From: Ostrea edulis
Lineage: Eukaryota
Assembly (NCBI RefSeq): GCF_947568905.1
Contig: NC_079170.1
Coordinates: forward strand, 6,758,001 to 6,822,000
Direction: 5' to 3'
Length of the DNA stretch: 64,000 nt
A program made the position numbers and the translations under genes. The notes under the pieces are model-generated. The model was not told where the DNA came from. It saw only the letters and a program-made list of their open reading frames with translations, and did no database searches. Each line of letters begins with the position of its first letter. Position 1 is the stretch's first letter. Positions 22,432 through 36,007 of this stretch are shown here, piece by piece.

Positions 22432-24815
22432 GTGATATGTGTGTCTGTGTGTGCTGTATACAGTTTGTATGAGTTGATATGTGTGTCTGTGTGTGCTGTA
22501 TACAGCTTGATGAGTTGATATGTGTGTCTGTGTGTGCTATATACAGCTTGTATGAGTTGATATGTGTGTCTGTGTGTGCTGTATACAGCTTGATGAGTTG
22601 ATATGTGTGTCTGTGTGTGCTATATACAGCTTGATGAGTTGATATGTGTGTCTGTGTGTGCTGTATACAGCTTGATGAGTTGATATGTATGTCTGTGTGT
22701 GCTATATACAGCTTGATGAGTTGATATGTGTGTCTGTGTGTGCTGTATATAGCTTGATGAGTTGATATGTGTGTCTGTGTGTGCTGTATACAGCTTGATG
22801 AGTTGATATGTGTGTCTGTGTGTGCTGTATACAGCTTGATGAGTTGATATGTATGTCTGTGTGTGCTATATACAGCTTGATGAGTTGATATGTATGTCTG
22901 TGTGTGCTATATACAGCTTGATGAGTTGATATGTATGTCTGGGTGTGCTGTATACAGCTTGATGAGTTGATATGTATGTCTGTGTGTGCTATATACAGCT
23001 TGATGAGTTGATATGTATGTCTGTGTGTGCTATATATATAGCTTGATGAGTTGATATGTGTGTCTGTGTGTGTATGTCTGTGTGTGCTATATACAGCTTG
23101 ATGAGTTGATATGTATGTCTGTGTGTGCTATATACAGCTTGATGAGTTGATATGTGTGTCTGTGTGTGTGTGTCTGTGTGTGCTATATACAGCTTGATGA
23201 GTTGATATGTATGTCTGTGTGTGCTATATACAGCTTGATGAGTTGATATGTGTGTCTGTGTGTGTGTGTCTGTGTGTGTATGTCTGTGTGTGCTATATAC
23301 AGCTTGATGAGTTGATATGTGTGTCTGTGTGTGTATGTCTGTGTGTGCTATATACAGCTTGACGAGTTGATATGTATGTCTGTGTGTGTATGTCTGTGTG
23401 TGCTGTATACAGCTTGATGAGTTGATATGTATGTCTGTGTGTGTATGTCTGTGTGTGCTGTATACAGCTTGATGAGTTGATATGTATGTCTGTTTGTGCT
23501 ATATACAGCTTGATGAGTTGATATGTATGTCTGTGTGTGCTGTATACAGCTTGATGAGTTGATATGTGTGTCTGTGTGTGTATGTCTGTGTGTGCTATAT
23601 ACAGCTTGATGAGTTGATATGCATGTCTGTGTGTGCTATATACAGCTTGATGAGTTGATATGTGTGTTTGTGTGTGCTGTATACAGCTTGATGAGTTGAT
23701 ATGTGTGTCTGTGTGTGCTGTATACAGCTTGATGAGTTGATATGTGTGTCTGTGTGTGTATGTCTGTGTGTGCTGTATACAGATTGATGAGTTGATATGT
23801 TTGTCTGTGTGTGCTGTATACAGCTTGATGAGTTGATATGTATGTCTGTGTGTGCTATATACAGCTTGATGAGTTGATATGTATGTCAGGGTGTGCTGTA
23901 TACAGCTTAATGAGTTGATATGTATGTCCGTGTGTGCTGTATACAGCTTGACGAGTTGATATATATGTCTGTGTGTGCTATATACAGCTTGATGAGTTGA
24001 TATGTGTGTCTGTGTGTGCTGTATATAGCTTGATGAGTTGATATGTGTGTCTGTGTGTGATATATACAGCTTGATGAGTTGATATGTGTGTCTGTGTGTG
24101 CTGTATACAGCTTGATGAGTTGATATGTATGTCTGTGTGTGCTGTATACAGCTTGATGAGTTGATATGTATGTCTGTGTGTGCTATATACAGCTTGATGA
24201 GTTGATATGTATGTCTGTGTGTGCTATATACAGCTTGATGAGTTGATATGTATGTCTGTGTGTGTATGTCTGTGTGTGCTATATACAGGTTGATGAGTTG
24301 ATATGTGTCTGTGTGTGTTGTATACAGCTTGATGAGTTGATATATGTGTCTGTGTGTGCTATATACAGCTTGATGAGTTGATATGTGTGTCTGTGTGTGC
24401 TATATACAGCTTGATGAGTTGATGTGTGTCTGGGTGTGCTGTATACAGCTTGATGAGTTGATATGTATGTCTGTGTGTGCTGTATACAGCTTGATGAGTT
24501 GATATGTATGTCTGTGTGTGTATGTCTGTGTGTGCTGTATACAGCTTGATGAGTTGATATGTATGTCTGTGTGTGCTGTATATAGCTTGATGAGTTGATA
24601 TGTATGTCTGTGTGTGCTATATACAGCTTGATGAGTTGATATGTATGTCTGTGTGTGCTGTATACAGCTTGATGAGTTGATATGTATGTCTGTGTGTGCT
24701 ATATACAGCTTGATGAGTTGATATGTATGTCTGTGTGTGTATGTCTGTGTGTGCTATATACAGCTTGACGAGTTGATATGTATGTCTGTGTGTGTATGTC
24801 TGTGTGTGCTGTATA
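22432..24815. repeat. ~39-bp satellite (TATACAGCTTGATGAGTTGATATGTRTGTCTGTGTGTGC)n, copy A
   Basis: Directly visible; HEMK1 intron 4. Confidence 0.95.
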
Positions 24816-25536
24816 CGGTTTGATGAGTTGTCCATACTGTATGTCCTTCCTCTTAAGTGTGTTGTCTGTATGTCTTCCCTGCTCAGTATGTATGTGTTTC
24901 ATGTTTAATGTGTTGCTTGTATGTCTTCCGTGTACATCTTTTGCAATAAATAAGTCAAAAAAGGAAAAGGAAATTACCCAAGGCAGTTTGGACAGTAAGC
25001 ACAGAGTTACTGCCCCTGATCCACAGCCCACCTCCAGGAATGTCCGACAAGACTTATTCTGTCCCACATGTTGTATCATATACTGAACCAGTTCCTGTAG
25101 AAGTTCATAGGAAGCATGTGAACAATCTGTGTGAAACTGAATATCAGGGAACTTATAGATTATTTATCAAATTTATGTTATCACATGCTTAGTGATAAAC
25201 TTCAGTTATTTTTTCCTTCTTTTCATTACTTGAATCTAGAGCCCATACATTTCTGTGTAATTCTTCATGATTATCTTTTAACTAAATAACTGTGTCATGA
25301 TGTGTTTTGTTTAAACATTAAAGTTTGTTATTTAGGCCTTGACATGTATTGTAATAAAATGGTTTTTTTAATAGCTTGCAATTATATATAAGTCAAGTGA
25401 CAACGTCGTTCATGCATCAAAATTCATAAAATGAAGGTGGAATAAATAGAATACTACATAGAAAGGTCCCCGGTACAATCCCCATTTTCATCATATTATT
25501 TTTTTTAAACTTGAAATTAAATTTCCTCTCTTACAG

Positions 25537-27306
25537 TAATGTAATGCTTTGTAGACAATTCGACAACAAGATGAGAGGTCTAGAGGAAGTGAAGAAAAAA
25601 TATTACAACATTAAACAGAGAAGTATGAAAAAGAATTTATCAATTTGTATTAAATTTAGCAATAGAAACAGTGCAGTACATATTAATGATGTTAATTAAT
25701 TTTGTGAGCATACTATACTTATTGTCATGCATGTATTTTTGCTGAATATACATGTATCAAATCAATCTGAAGTTTTGGAAGTATATTAATATATTAATAT
25801 TTTTAACCAATATTATCTTTTTTTATCATTATCATTATTGTTCATTTATTTTATTGTATGGTATTTTGATGAGATTATAATTTTTTTTTTAAATTAAAAA
25901 CCTTATTTGAATAATTCAATCATATATTGTGTAAATCTCTTGCATCTATTTTCAATTAGGCAAAGAAAAACTTGATTCAGTCAAAAAGCCCAAGACAGGA
26001 GGAGGTCCACCCCTCCCACCACTAACACCTGGGGAAGAGACTTTTCTGAACTTGTCAGTAGGCCAACCAAATGTCCATGGTTTAAATGGAGGTGTTGATA
26101 CTGACGGTACATATACATGTAGAATCACGATTCAATCTCAGACTTTTAAGCTTGAATTTATCCAAATTTGAAAGGTATATTTGTATTCACCTGAGGATGG
26201 ATGTTAAAATCCAGAAAGTGCTAGTGATTTGAATATATATAATTTGTTGTATGTACTGATATTGTGAAATTGTTGATTATAGAGCAGCAGATTCTTCAAT
26301 CAACACCAAAGTCACAAGAGCAAGGTATCAATCAATATCATTTAAAATTCATGGGGATAATGTAATTATTCTACAAAAGAGATATGATTTTTCCTAACAA
26401 CATATATATTCATGCTGGCCAGAGCATTTTGTTGATTATAACTTTGCCAAGTCATCATTTGAAACTAAAGGTAATCAAAACCATCTCTATTGAAAATGTT
26501 TGAAATATACATACAAAATTATATTGTATATTTATTAAATTTCAAGCACCATGTACCTCAGATAGTGTGTCCCATCAGCAGCCACAGGAAAACATGGCAT
26601 CATTGACTATGGTAATTACATGCATACTGTTATAAAGTAAAAAATGCTTTTTTAAGGGGTGGTTAAATATTTCCAATTTTCCATGTGTTTGTTCGCTTAT
26701 AATTTTAAGAAAATGTAAATAATATGCTCTATTATATATTTGTATAAGTCATCCGTACATGATCATATTGTCTTATCTTAATTAATTGTAAATGTTAATG
26801 AGCTTCATTGTGCTGTTTTTTGGTTTTTTTTATTTCCATGCAATTTTGTTCTAAATCCTTTTAATATTCATAATCAGAATGAGACATCTGGACACCAATG
26901 TGTTATTTCCACAAGCACAACTGATAGGAGGAAAGGAAAAAAAGGTTTGTTTTATTCACATGTTTATTTCAACCACCACGATTAATTTTCATCAAGTTAT
27001 TCCTAGTGGATATTAACAAAGTACTCATTTAATCACATGATACATGTATGTCCAGTTGATATTAGTATCTATGATAATAATTGATATTCAAACATTGTAG
27101 TAACTGATTCCAAGAGAAAAATACTGGAGGAATTAGAGGAAAGGAACTTAAGTCTGGATAACAAAAGGTTGGAAGAGGAGATATTAAAAGTGAAGGAGAA
27201 ACGAGAAGTTTTAACCTTGCAGAAGGAAGTCCTTCAGATGAAAAAACAGAAATTAGTTTTTGAAATCCAAGCAAACTATCCCAGTTTTCTGGAGATGGAG
27301 ATGTGA
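25537..27306 (+). CDS. Harbinger Myb/SANT-like DNA-binding protein (NAIF1/MSANTD-like), first exon missing
   Basis: Phase-consistent exons 25537-25622, 25960-26106, 26283-26324, 26547-26611, 26878-26944, 27101-27306: ...MRGLEEVKKKYYNIKQRSKEKLDSVKKPKTGGGPPLPPLTPGEE... and a C-terminal coiled coil (LEELEERNLSLDNKRLEEEILKVKEKRE). Confidence 0.85.
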
Positions 27307-27330
27307 GAAGTAAATTCAAATTGAAAGATT

Positions 27331-27374
<44 letters not shown>

Positions 27375-27550
27375 GCTAATGAGAGGGAGAGAGACAGAAT
27401 GAGAAAAAACAGTGGGAGACAGAGAGAGTTGTTGTTTTTGAGTGAGAAAAACAGATGATGTGTTATGAAGGAGAATAAAGTTATATTTCTAAATTTCAAA
27501 CAGTTTGAATAGTCCTTTATGATACTTAATCTACTGAAATACATCTGTAA

Positions 27551-30432
27551 TTAAAAAAATCCATTGGTGATGGTAGCTCGCTTCAGAATACCATCATTCC
27601 TGGTGGGTGCAGCTGGGCCCTGTACTACCTGTGCTTGGCAGTCTCTAATATTGATAGTTATGCAGTCGTCACTGATCCTAGTGTCCTGTCTGTCTATGGC
27701 TATGTTGTGTAGAATACAAGATGCTGTGATGTACACTATTGCCTGCTCTGGTGATGTCCTTAGACCAAAATGAAGGGCTTGGAACTTCCTCTTCATGATT
27801 CCAAATGTCTGTTCTATTAGAACCCGTGTACGGCATAAACTCGCATTAAACCTCTCCTCAGCAGGTGTACGTGGTGTCAAGTAAGGGGTCATGAGGTATC
27901 TGGTGAGGGGATAGCCAGAGTCACCCAGTAACAGGCCATCATGAATACCTATGAATTTTAACACATTCACATGTACATACATTAAAATTTTGCATAATTA
28001 AATAACTTGAAGTAACTTAAATTAACCATGCCTGTAGGTCACCACAGCATATGTTGTACATGTCACTTAACTGTAACAGAGTTATAAGTGGATTGTGTTG
28101 AATTATCACACATGGGTAAATATTAATTACATAAATTATTTAATGCCATAATATTTCTTTTAAATTAAATATAATTATTCTTTAGTTGATGTGTATATGT
28201 TACATGTAGTAATATGTAGGTTTTACCATTTTCAAACTGCTGACAGAGGGATGATGTTCTCCATATTCTGGAATCGTGGCAAGAACCTGGCCATCTGGCA
28301 CAAAGTGAAGTTACCCTGAAATTGGGATCACACACCATCTGAAATTTACAACTGTACATATATAATAGATCTATGAATAATTATATACTGTCAAACCACT
28401 AGTTATATTGAATGAGTTGGTTTCACTACATTATATGGCATCCAAATGTTTGTTGGGGTGGGGGGGGGGGTATTTGAATTAAAAACTTTTAAAAAACCAC
28501 ACTAGGAATGATTCCTTTAGTTTGTACAAATTATTTCATGCATATAAATTCTACAAGTGTGGTATACATGTGAACTACATGGATGTTGGTAATAAAAAGT
28601 GCAACACTTTTAGGCCTATATCATTACATAGTAATTAATAAAATGTACTCATTCGAACAATTCATATGCATTATACCTGAACATTAAGGCTGTGGAACCC
28701 TTTCCTGTTGACATAGTCAGCCTCATTCTCAGTTGGTGTACAGATTTTAATTTGTGTCCCATCAACACAACCCAGAACTTTAGGGAATCCTAGAAAATGT
28801 GTATATTATAAATTTATGAATATAAGTTCATTTCTTATATGAAACAGTTATTGATATCTTGTAATTTGAATTATTTTCATAAATGACAATGGCTATTTAT
28901 TCTTTACAAAAGACATTTGAGGGAAAAAAACTTAATATATATGAATTGATTTATGCAAATAAATTAGTTAAAATGTACGGAAGCGATAGGTGCCAGGGTA
29001 TAGAATTAATATTCATATAATTCCAATGTTATTTATTACAATTGTTTTGATTGGACAAAAATAAAACTGAACAAGAGTTTATACATCAATAAATCCGAAA
29101 ACGCGATGTATTCATACACGCCTGAAAACAAATAACATAGTGCGGGGAAACTATTCAAATTTTTTGCAATTGTAAATAAAGTGAATGAATTGGAATTATA
29201 AGAATCAAACATTCGCACTTTTATTCAGTTTGTGAGTAAAATGTCCGGAGTTTACACATCGATAAATTCTTCAAAAAGAATGTTTAATCCTATAATTAAC
29301 TGGCGGCCGGCACTTTATTCATATGGTGGCTGCCAGTTAATTCATATAACTTTGAAAAACGATGCTGCAATTGTTTGAAATGAATTTTTATCAAATGACA
29401 ATTATAATGACAGACACAATTTGAAAATTCAATAACCTCTTTGAGGGGGGGTGGGGGGTGTCTTGTCTGGCTATGTTGTTAGATTAAACAATGAAAACTA
29501 TAACTTTTCAATAAATGTACTTTCAGGCTAAGGTGCCCATGTCAAATTCATGTGTAATAAATAAATCATAGATTACAGTGTATATATTTCATATATATGT
29601 ATGATACGAATGTATTAGTATGTGTCATGTCCTAAGGGTTTCAAAAAATATTTCATAGTCAGTTATGGCAATTTATTCATTTAAACCAATTCAAAAGACT
29701 ATTTGTTTAGTTGGATCCGCCACCTTTCAAAATAACATTGTGCAGTTATCGCCCTTACGGTGGAGCTCTTCTTATCAATGCGATATCAACACTGGAAGAC
29801 TCACTCTGAGAAGAATTTTGTGAATTTACAGCGGGTAAGCATTCTTTGGGATGTTTTTATGGATGTAGTGTTGTTTTGGATATTTGTTTAATCGTATGCA
29901 TTGTATTTGGCTCTTAGGATTGATGCATATAATTCACTAAAGTTATGAATATCATGGCAGCGCATCTAACGCTACTTCCATTTTCAGATTATATATAGAA
30001 CTTGCCTGCAACTCTCCTGAAACCCTCCTTTACTTTAGTAGCCATCTCTCCGACCGGAAACTTTATGTAATCGGAGAAAACATCAACAACGGCCCTTGCT
30101 ACAGATTTGACCGCTCTTCCAGCTGAGGATTCGGACACGTTCAGACTATCTCCAATGAGTCTCAGGTGGGCCCCCGTGGCAACGAAACGCAAAAATAGTA
30201 GAACTTGAATCAGAGGAGGAATAGGGCGGTTCCTGACAGTGTCTGTCTCCAGGCGATTACCAACTCCATTCAAAATGAAAACAATACTTTCTGGTGAAAA
30301 GCGGTATCTTTGGAAGATTTCATCCTCCTCCAGACTCTCAAGAGGATTACTAAGGTCCCGAAATACCCGAGGTCGTCTTAAAATGCGCCGATTTTGTCTC
30401 CGCTGACGTCTGCGTCTGATCATAGCAGCCAT
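27551..30432 (-). CDS. Harbinger (HARBI1-like) DDE transposase, intact, 349 aa
   Basis: Exons 30006-30432, 28677-28789, 28227-28338, 27551-27948 (1050 nt); [35 protein letters not shown] and [12 protein letters not shown] give the full D-D-E triad; intron 1 has a GC donor. Confidence 0.95.
29011..29205. mobile_element. Small inverted-repeat element (MITE-like) in transposase intron 1
   Basis: ATTCATATAATTCCAAT (29011-29027) and ATTGGAATTATAAGAAT (29189-29205) are 17-bp inverted repeats with one mismatch. Confidence 0.55.
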
Positions 30433-30606
30433 TTTTAATGTTTGAGAACGTTCTTAAGTCTGCATTTTTGTAGACTCAAATATTTGAGAATAAAACTGAT
30501 TTTGAGAATTTTTTTTGTGCTCAACCTTTTTATGACGGCCGCTGAGTCTGAGAATGGGGAAGTTGAGAACATTCTCAGACTTGAGAATATTCTCAGACTT
30601 AAGTAT

Positions 30607-30624
30607 GTTTTATGACGGCGGGGC
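30607..30624 (-). other. Putative right terminal inverted repeat of the Harbinger element
   Basis: GCCCCGCCGTCATAAAAC on the minus strand, abutting CTG where homology to 10908 starts; partial internal copy at 30527-30540. Partner TIR is absent, so this is inferred. Confidence 0.7.
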
Positions 30625-30909
30625 CTGGTCTCAAAGCAATCGTTATACTTATTTAACAACCATGACTAGTATCAAATTCTTCATACGGTTCCTCATTGTC
30701 AACTGTCACGAAAACCTCTGTTTTAAGGTCTCATCCGAAGGACCCATGACCTTCTCTTCTTTCTGGCGAACACTTGGCGATGAAGTAATTACTGCTCAAG
30801 TTAAAGGATTCTGTTCTAGCATGTCTTGACACCATAAAGCATTTAGATAATCAATGTACAGATGTTTCAGCTTAGTTGTTTAGTGAAGTACGTAATTTTT
30901 CTGTTTTAG

Positions 30910-32282
30910 GAATTATAAATACTGCAAAACTTCATAGAGTTAGGTTCCCATATGATCTTTCGAGAGTAGTTGACAATTTCCATGCGACACTTACAAAGGA
31001 ACTCTGTTCATCCCCGGAAAATGCTGTCTTTCTTCCCAGAAAACTGGAAGTTCGTTCAAGGTAAGGATGATTTTTGATTGATTGATTGATTCTTTATGTT
31101 TTCCGCCACACTCAACAATTTTTCAGTTATAAGGTGGCGCCCATTTTTTTGTTGGTGGAAGAGAGAACCTAGATACAATGCACCTGGGAAGAGACCACCG
31201 ACCTTCCGAAAGTAAACTGGGAAACTTTCTCACTTACCGGCGCGAGCAGGATTCGAACCCGCGCCGACAGAGGTGAGAGGCCGTGTGATTTTGAGCGCGA
31301 TGCTCTAATCACTCGGCCACGGAGGCCCCTCAGGATGATTTTTGTATACTTGAATAAGATAAGACAAATTAAATTCTGTACATTAATATGAATGTCATGT
31401 CTAAGCTTTTTATCTTTGTATCAACATAAATTTTAAAGTTGCGTTAAAAATTGATAAAGCTTTAGAAGGTCACTTGCTACAAAATTTCTTCACAAATGAT
31501 GATGAAAATGGATACTACATGTAGATATATGTTTATGTAAGTGAAATGAATAGATTTCACTGCAGGGAAGTTAACTTGATTTTTATCACGTTTTCTCAAT
31601 AAACAGTGGGATAATCTTGTATAGATTTACATAGTTAGGGATGATATTTTACAATTTTGAACATCATAAATAATATACAAGTTCCAAATATTTTAAGATC
31701 GAGTTTAATGATTGCAACCAGAATAACTCAACAAATAAAGCATATATATTTTAAACCCTTGCATATATTTTATGTAGCAAGTGTCCTACATAAAGAAATT
31801 TGAAAGTTCTATTTAAAAGATTTACTGACGTGTGTTTGAGTAGCTAAAATTCAATAATGACAGGGAGACTTGTCTTTGTCGTGAAACAGCACGAGGGTGG
31901 TCATTTTTACATAGATGAAAGAAAACAACGAAAAACAAAATCTGATTATGGCTAGCCCAAGGACTATCGTAAAGTTACGAAATTCTAAAAGTTTACGATG
32001 AACTCTGGAACTTAGAAAAGCCTAAGCCTGGGTGTTATTCAAAGTATTTAGGAACATATCCCTGTATTCTCTATAGGATTGTTTTAGATTGAGTAATGCT
32101 TATTATGATAATGAACATTAATATATTCACCTTTTTCTCATGTTTTTAACTTATAATTCAATGCTACGATTTTCAGCGACGAACCTCGTATCCTTCTGCA
32201 GTATCACGCTTCTTGTCAAAAAACAACAGAAAGCACAAGGGGCGAGAAAACAATAGAAAGCACAAGGGTGGGGAAACAGTGA
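30910..32282 (+). pseudogene. Orphan duplicate of the last two exons of the DSL/EGF gene
   Basis: Exons 30910-31060 and 32177-32282 match 11193-11343 and 12417-12522; FPYDL vs FPFDL difference. Confidence 0.7.
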
Positions 32283-35200
32283 CCATTCTCTGACCTTCAA
32301 CCAAGGACAAATTAAAAGAATAACCTTATAAAATTTTAACTGAATATGTTTATTTTCCTATCGTTGTGTTTTAATTTCTTTTACATTATATAATATATTT
32401 CAGTCAAAAAGAATGATTTAATTTGTAAATCAGTGTAGCATATGCTTAGGTAAACTTACTATCTTTTTATTCAGAATTAGATTGTTGTTGTTGTTCAGTA
32501 AACCGACAAGATATGATTTGTATTTAATGTCAAACCTCTTCAAATATATGTTATCCCCCCTACAATTAGGGTTAACAGCACTAATTTTACAATAATATTG
32601 TTCAAAGGGGAAAAATCAAAGGATTACTAATGAAGAAATCTGTGGCTAAATCGAAAAAGTTCCGCCATTTTGATTCTGATAGTGTGGTAGACCATTGTAT
32701 TTTAAAAGATGAGTTACAGAGGTGGGTCTAGAGGAGGGGGTTATGGGGGTTGTATATCAGGCGCGGATCTAGAGGCGGGGTTACGGCGATCGTACCTGAG
32801 GTGGTGTTACGGGGGTTGTACATCAGTGGCGGATCTAGAAGCGGGGTTATGGGGGTTGTACATCAGAGGCGGATCTAGAGACGGGGTTATGGGAGTTGCC
32901 ACCAATCCCTTTGGTCGAATTATTTTCAAAAATGGTAATTAGTCATCAGTAGAATTATCACGTTAAACATCACTTTAAGTACAAGCATTGTAATGCAATC
33001 ATATCATTTATATAGTATTTATCATTGTATGCATTATATATTTCATATTGCTCATATTCAAGTATAATACCATCTGGTAGGCATAAAAATGTCAATAATG
33101 TATACATGTTGTAAAACAATTAAATTTGATGTGATAACATTCTCTACCTCCTATTGTGCACAGATTTGTATTGCAATTCAATTTATTAAAACATACTGCA
33201 TAATTACCGCCTTTTTCACGTTCGGTGTACAGTGACATGTACATGTATCACATTTCATATTGAGAATTAAAATATTCAATGTAGGAAATGTAGACGCAGT
33301 AATATAGTTGATTTCTAAATTTTTAATTCTAATCACAAGAATGCATTATCAAGTATAAGGTCATAAAAAGGCAAGACGGGGAGAAATGAGGACAGGAATT
33401 TATTTTCACCTGTCAGACTGAGTGTTTGGTACCCTGTTGACACATACGCCATTGCTTCACACATAAAAGGCGGTCACCTGAATGCTCTTTTGCAAAGCGT
33501 ATTGGTGAACAATGAAATAATTTCAAAAGATATCGAATGTTATGATGAAAGGTGAAAATAGCCAACAGTGATCAATCTCATAACTCCTATAAGGAATACA
33601 AAATAGAGAGTTTGGCAAACACGGACCCCTGGATATACCAGAGGTGGGATCAGGTGCCTAGGAGGAGTCAGCATCCCCTGTCGACCGGTCACACCCGCCG
33701 TGAGCCCTATATTTTGATAAGGTAAACGGAGTAATCCGTAGTCAAAATCAGTGTGCCAATAACGGTCTGAAAATCGGTATGAAACACGTCACAGTGTTTG
33801 ACCCAATGATATGTTGAATTGGCAAACTAGATCGTTATAACGACCATGCTGGCTTAAAACAAGACCGTTGAAACCCCTGTAACATCAATGTGTTTGTCAG
33901 TGGCCTGTCCTGATTTTAAAAATGATCATATGCAGAACAAGCTTTTGTGTTTAGAATCAGTTGAGATATATAAACACCATAAGTAAATGATAATGGAACA
34001 TTGCTACATAATTTTGGGAAGTTGACGATGGAGATGCTGAAAACATCCCATTTGCCATATAGTTGAGTTTTTAGTTTAACGTTAATATTTATTTTTCAAT
34101 AAAAAAGTATGAAGCAGATCAGGAAGAATTTTTTAAGAATCCAAATGCCATATGTAGTAGCACAGTACGTTTGAAATTTCCCCTTCACAGCTGTTAATAT
34201 TTTCGTGGGGAGCTAAGATGAGGGGGAGGGGGGGGGGCTTGGTAGAACATTTACTGGATTCAGCAATGTATCTTTGTAAAAGTTTTTGTGAAGGTGTTTG
34301 CCAAGGAGAATAACTGTGAAAGAGGCCACGACAATCAGGATGATAATTCTGTCTCTTACAAGTAGATACATGTATACTACCTGATCCTTTAAAATCATAA
34401 TGTAAATATGAGTATCAGCAATATTTGTATATCCACTTTTAAATTTGATTGTGTAGCTGGGTATCTCAGTCAGTTCACTGTTGACTGCTGATCTGTACCT
34501 GTAGATCGCAGGTTTGAATTCAGCAAAGATTTTAATATTTTCAGATTACTTTCTACTAACTCTGCATTTTTTGACTAAATAAAGTAAATTGGAAAGGTTT
34601 CAATTTCAAAATATCGGTATACACCCTCCACTTTTTATCCAATTAAATTCCTCTCATGTGTTATTCCTCCTCTATACAGGTGACCTAATAATCATGTAAA
34701 TCATCTTAACAACATTTTATGTGAAATTCTAGTCATAGAAGGTGGCCTTCTAATGACCATACACAAAAAATTTAAATGTTATTTGAGTTTTGTGTTTCTT
34801 GACTTTCATTATTGGATATATTTACTGTATCAAATACTGGATTCCTTTTACAAATGTACAGGAAGGGAGAGAATGCAATGGAGCAGACCGGGATTCGAAC
34901 CCGGGCCACTTGAATCTCTAGTCAGGTGCTCTACCAACTGAGCTATCTGGCCACCAGCAATCAAACCTGGCTGATTGCTACATCCCCCCCCCCCTCCTTA
35001 AATGTCTTCACATTTGAAAACATCAACCCAGAATCTTTATCCCCTGAAAGGCATTTTCACCTGTCACTTTCAGGCGCTGGTCTATAGCACCAACAGTAAG
35101 AAGAAGGGAGAAAATGTAACGGACCAGACCAGGATTCGAACCCCCCCCCCCTCCCCTGAACCTCTAGTCAGGTGCTCTACCAATTGAGTTATCTGGCCGA

Positions 35201-35501
35201 CGGCAACCGAACCCTGCTGACCGCTAGTTAGCTAGCTATGTATATTTCAAAAATTCACATTTAATTTTGTACACGAGGCACTAAGGCACATTTAAATTGC
35301 ATGTACATTACAATAGATTCTTTTCTTTTTTTTTAATTGTGACGTCAATAGCTATATTTATATGTACATCAAAATTAAATGTGAAATTTAAAACATACAT
35401 AGCTAGCTTTCTGTATAAACATAGCTATTGACAACACAATTCAATGTTGAAAACATACAAACTCCACAAAAAATGTATTGTATATATGTACATGCAAATT
35501 C

Positions 35502-35540
<39 letters not shown>

Positions 35541-36007
35541 GCACTGGTAACTGTAAGTCACATAAATTCAAATAATTATGATCTTACAATTTAGACTTGT
35601 GATAAGATTGGGAATAACCAAAAAAAAATTAGATTATTTAATAATTTCAGAACCACATAGCTACATTATACAAATATATAATTATATATTGATCGTGTGT
35701 TTCAGTATTATGCCTAGATATGAGGGAACAAGAAAATTGGATTTTCATGGAATTTTGGCAGAAATAATATTTGATATGTTTCAAAAGATCTTCACATTCA
35801 AAAGCTAAATACATGTAACTGAACCTAATGCTAGGGATGAATGATTAGAACATTACATTAGAGAGTAAATATATTAGAATTTTATTCAGATTGTCATATC
35901 TTTGAAGAACATTTTTAGTGCACTAAAATTACAACACCTTCATACAACTGACATTATTAACATCATCATGTACAAACAATCCATACACTCTATACAATAT
36001 ACTCCAC

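Larger units (their letters stand above)
17058..25094 (-). pseudogene. HEMK1: Orphan duplicate of HEMK1 exons 4-9 (no promoter, no exons 1-3)
   Basis: Exons 24978-25094, 21478-21595, 19062-19167, 18843-18938, 18153-18266, 17058-17088; frames and splice sites intact; one visible non-synonymous difference from the full gene (Arg at 21568 vs Cys at 41268). Confidence 0.9.
10908..25459 (+). repeat. Segmental duplication, copy A
   Basis: Colinear and near-identical to 30625-47553 (ORF track repeats with offsets 19717, 19760, 19693); begins at CTGGTCTCAAAGC, ends at AATACTACAT. Confidence 0.97.
25460..30624. mobile_element. Harbinger/PIF DNA transposon, left end truncated
   Basis: Two-gene layout (Myb/SANT-like + DDE transposase, convergent); right terminus GTTTTATGACGGCGGGGC followed by CTG, with subterminal TGAGAA/TTCTCA repeats; no matching left terminus visible. 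Confidence 0.92.

Noticed and set aside
25460-25485. AGGTCCCCGG as the left TIR of the Harbinger
   Set aside because: Only a short partial match to the right terminus, no CTG duplication, and no room for the missing first Myb exon in the 77 nt before the acceptor.
27551-30432. Domesticated host HARBI1 gene
   Set aside because: It sits beside a Myb partner, a terminal repeat and a CTG target site whose empty version is visible at 10908, so it is a transposon gene.
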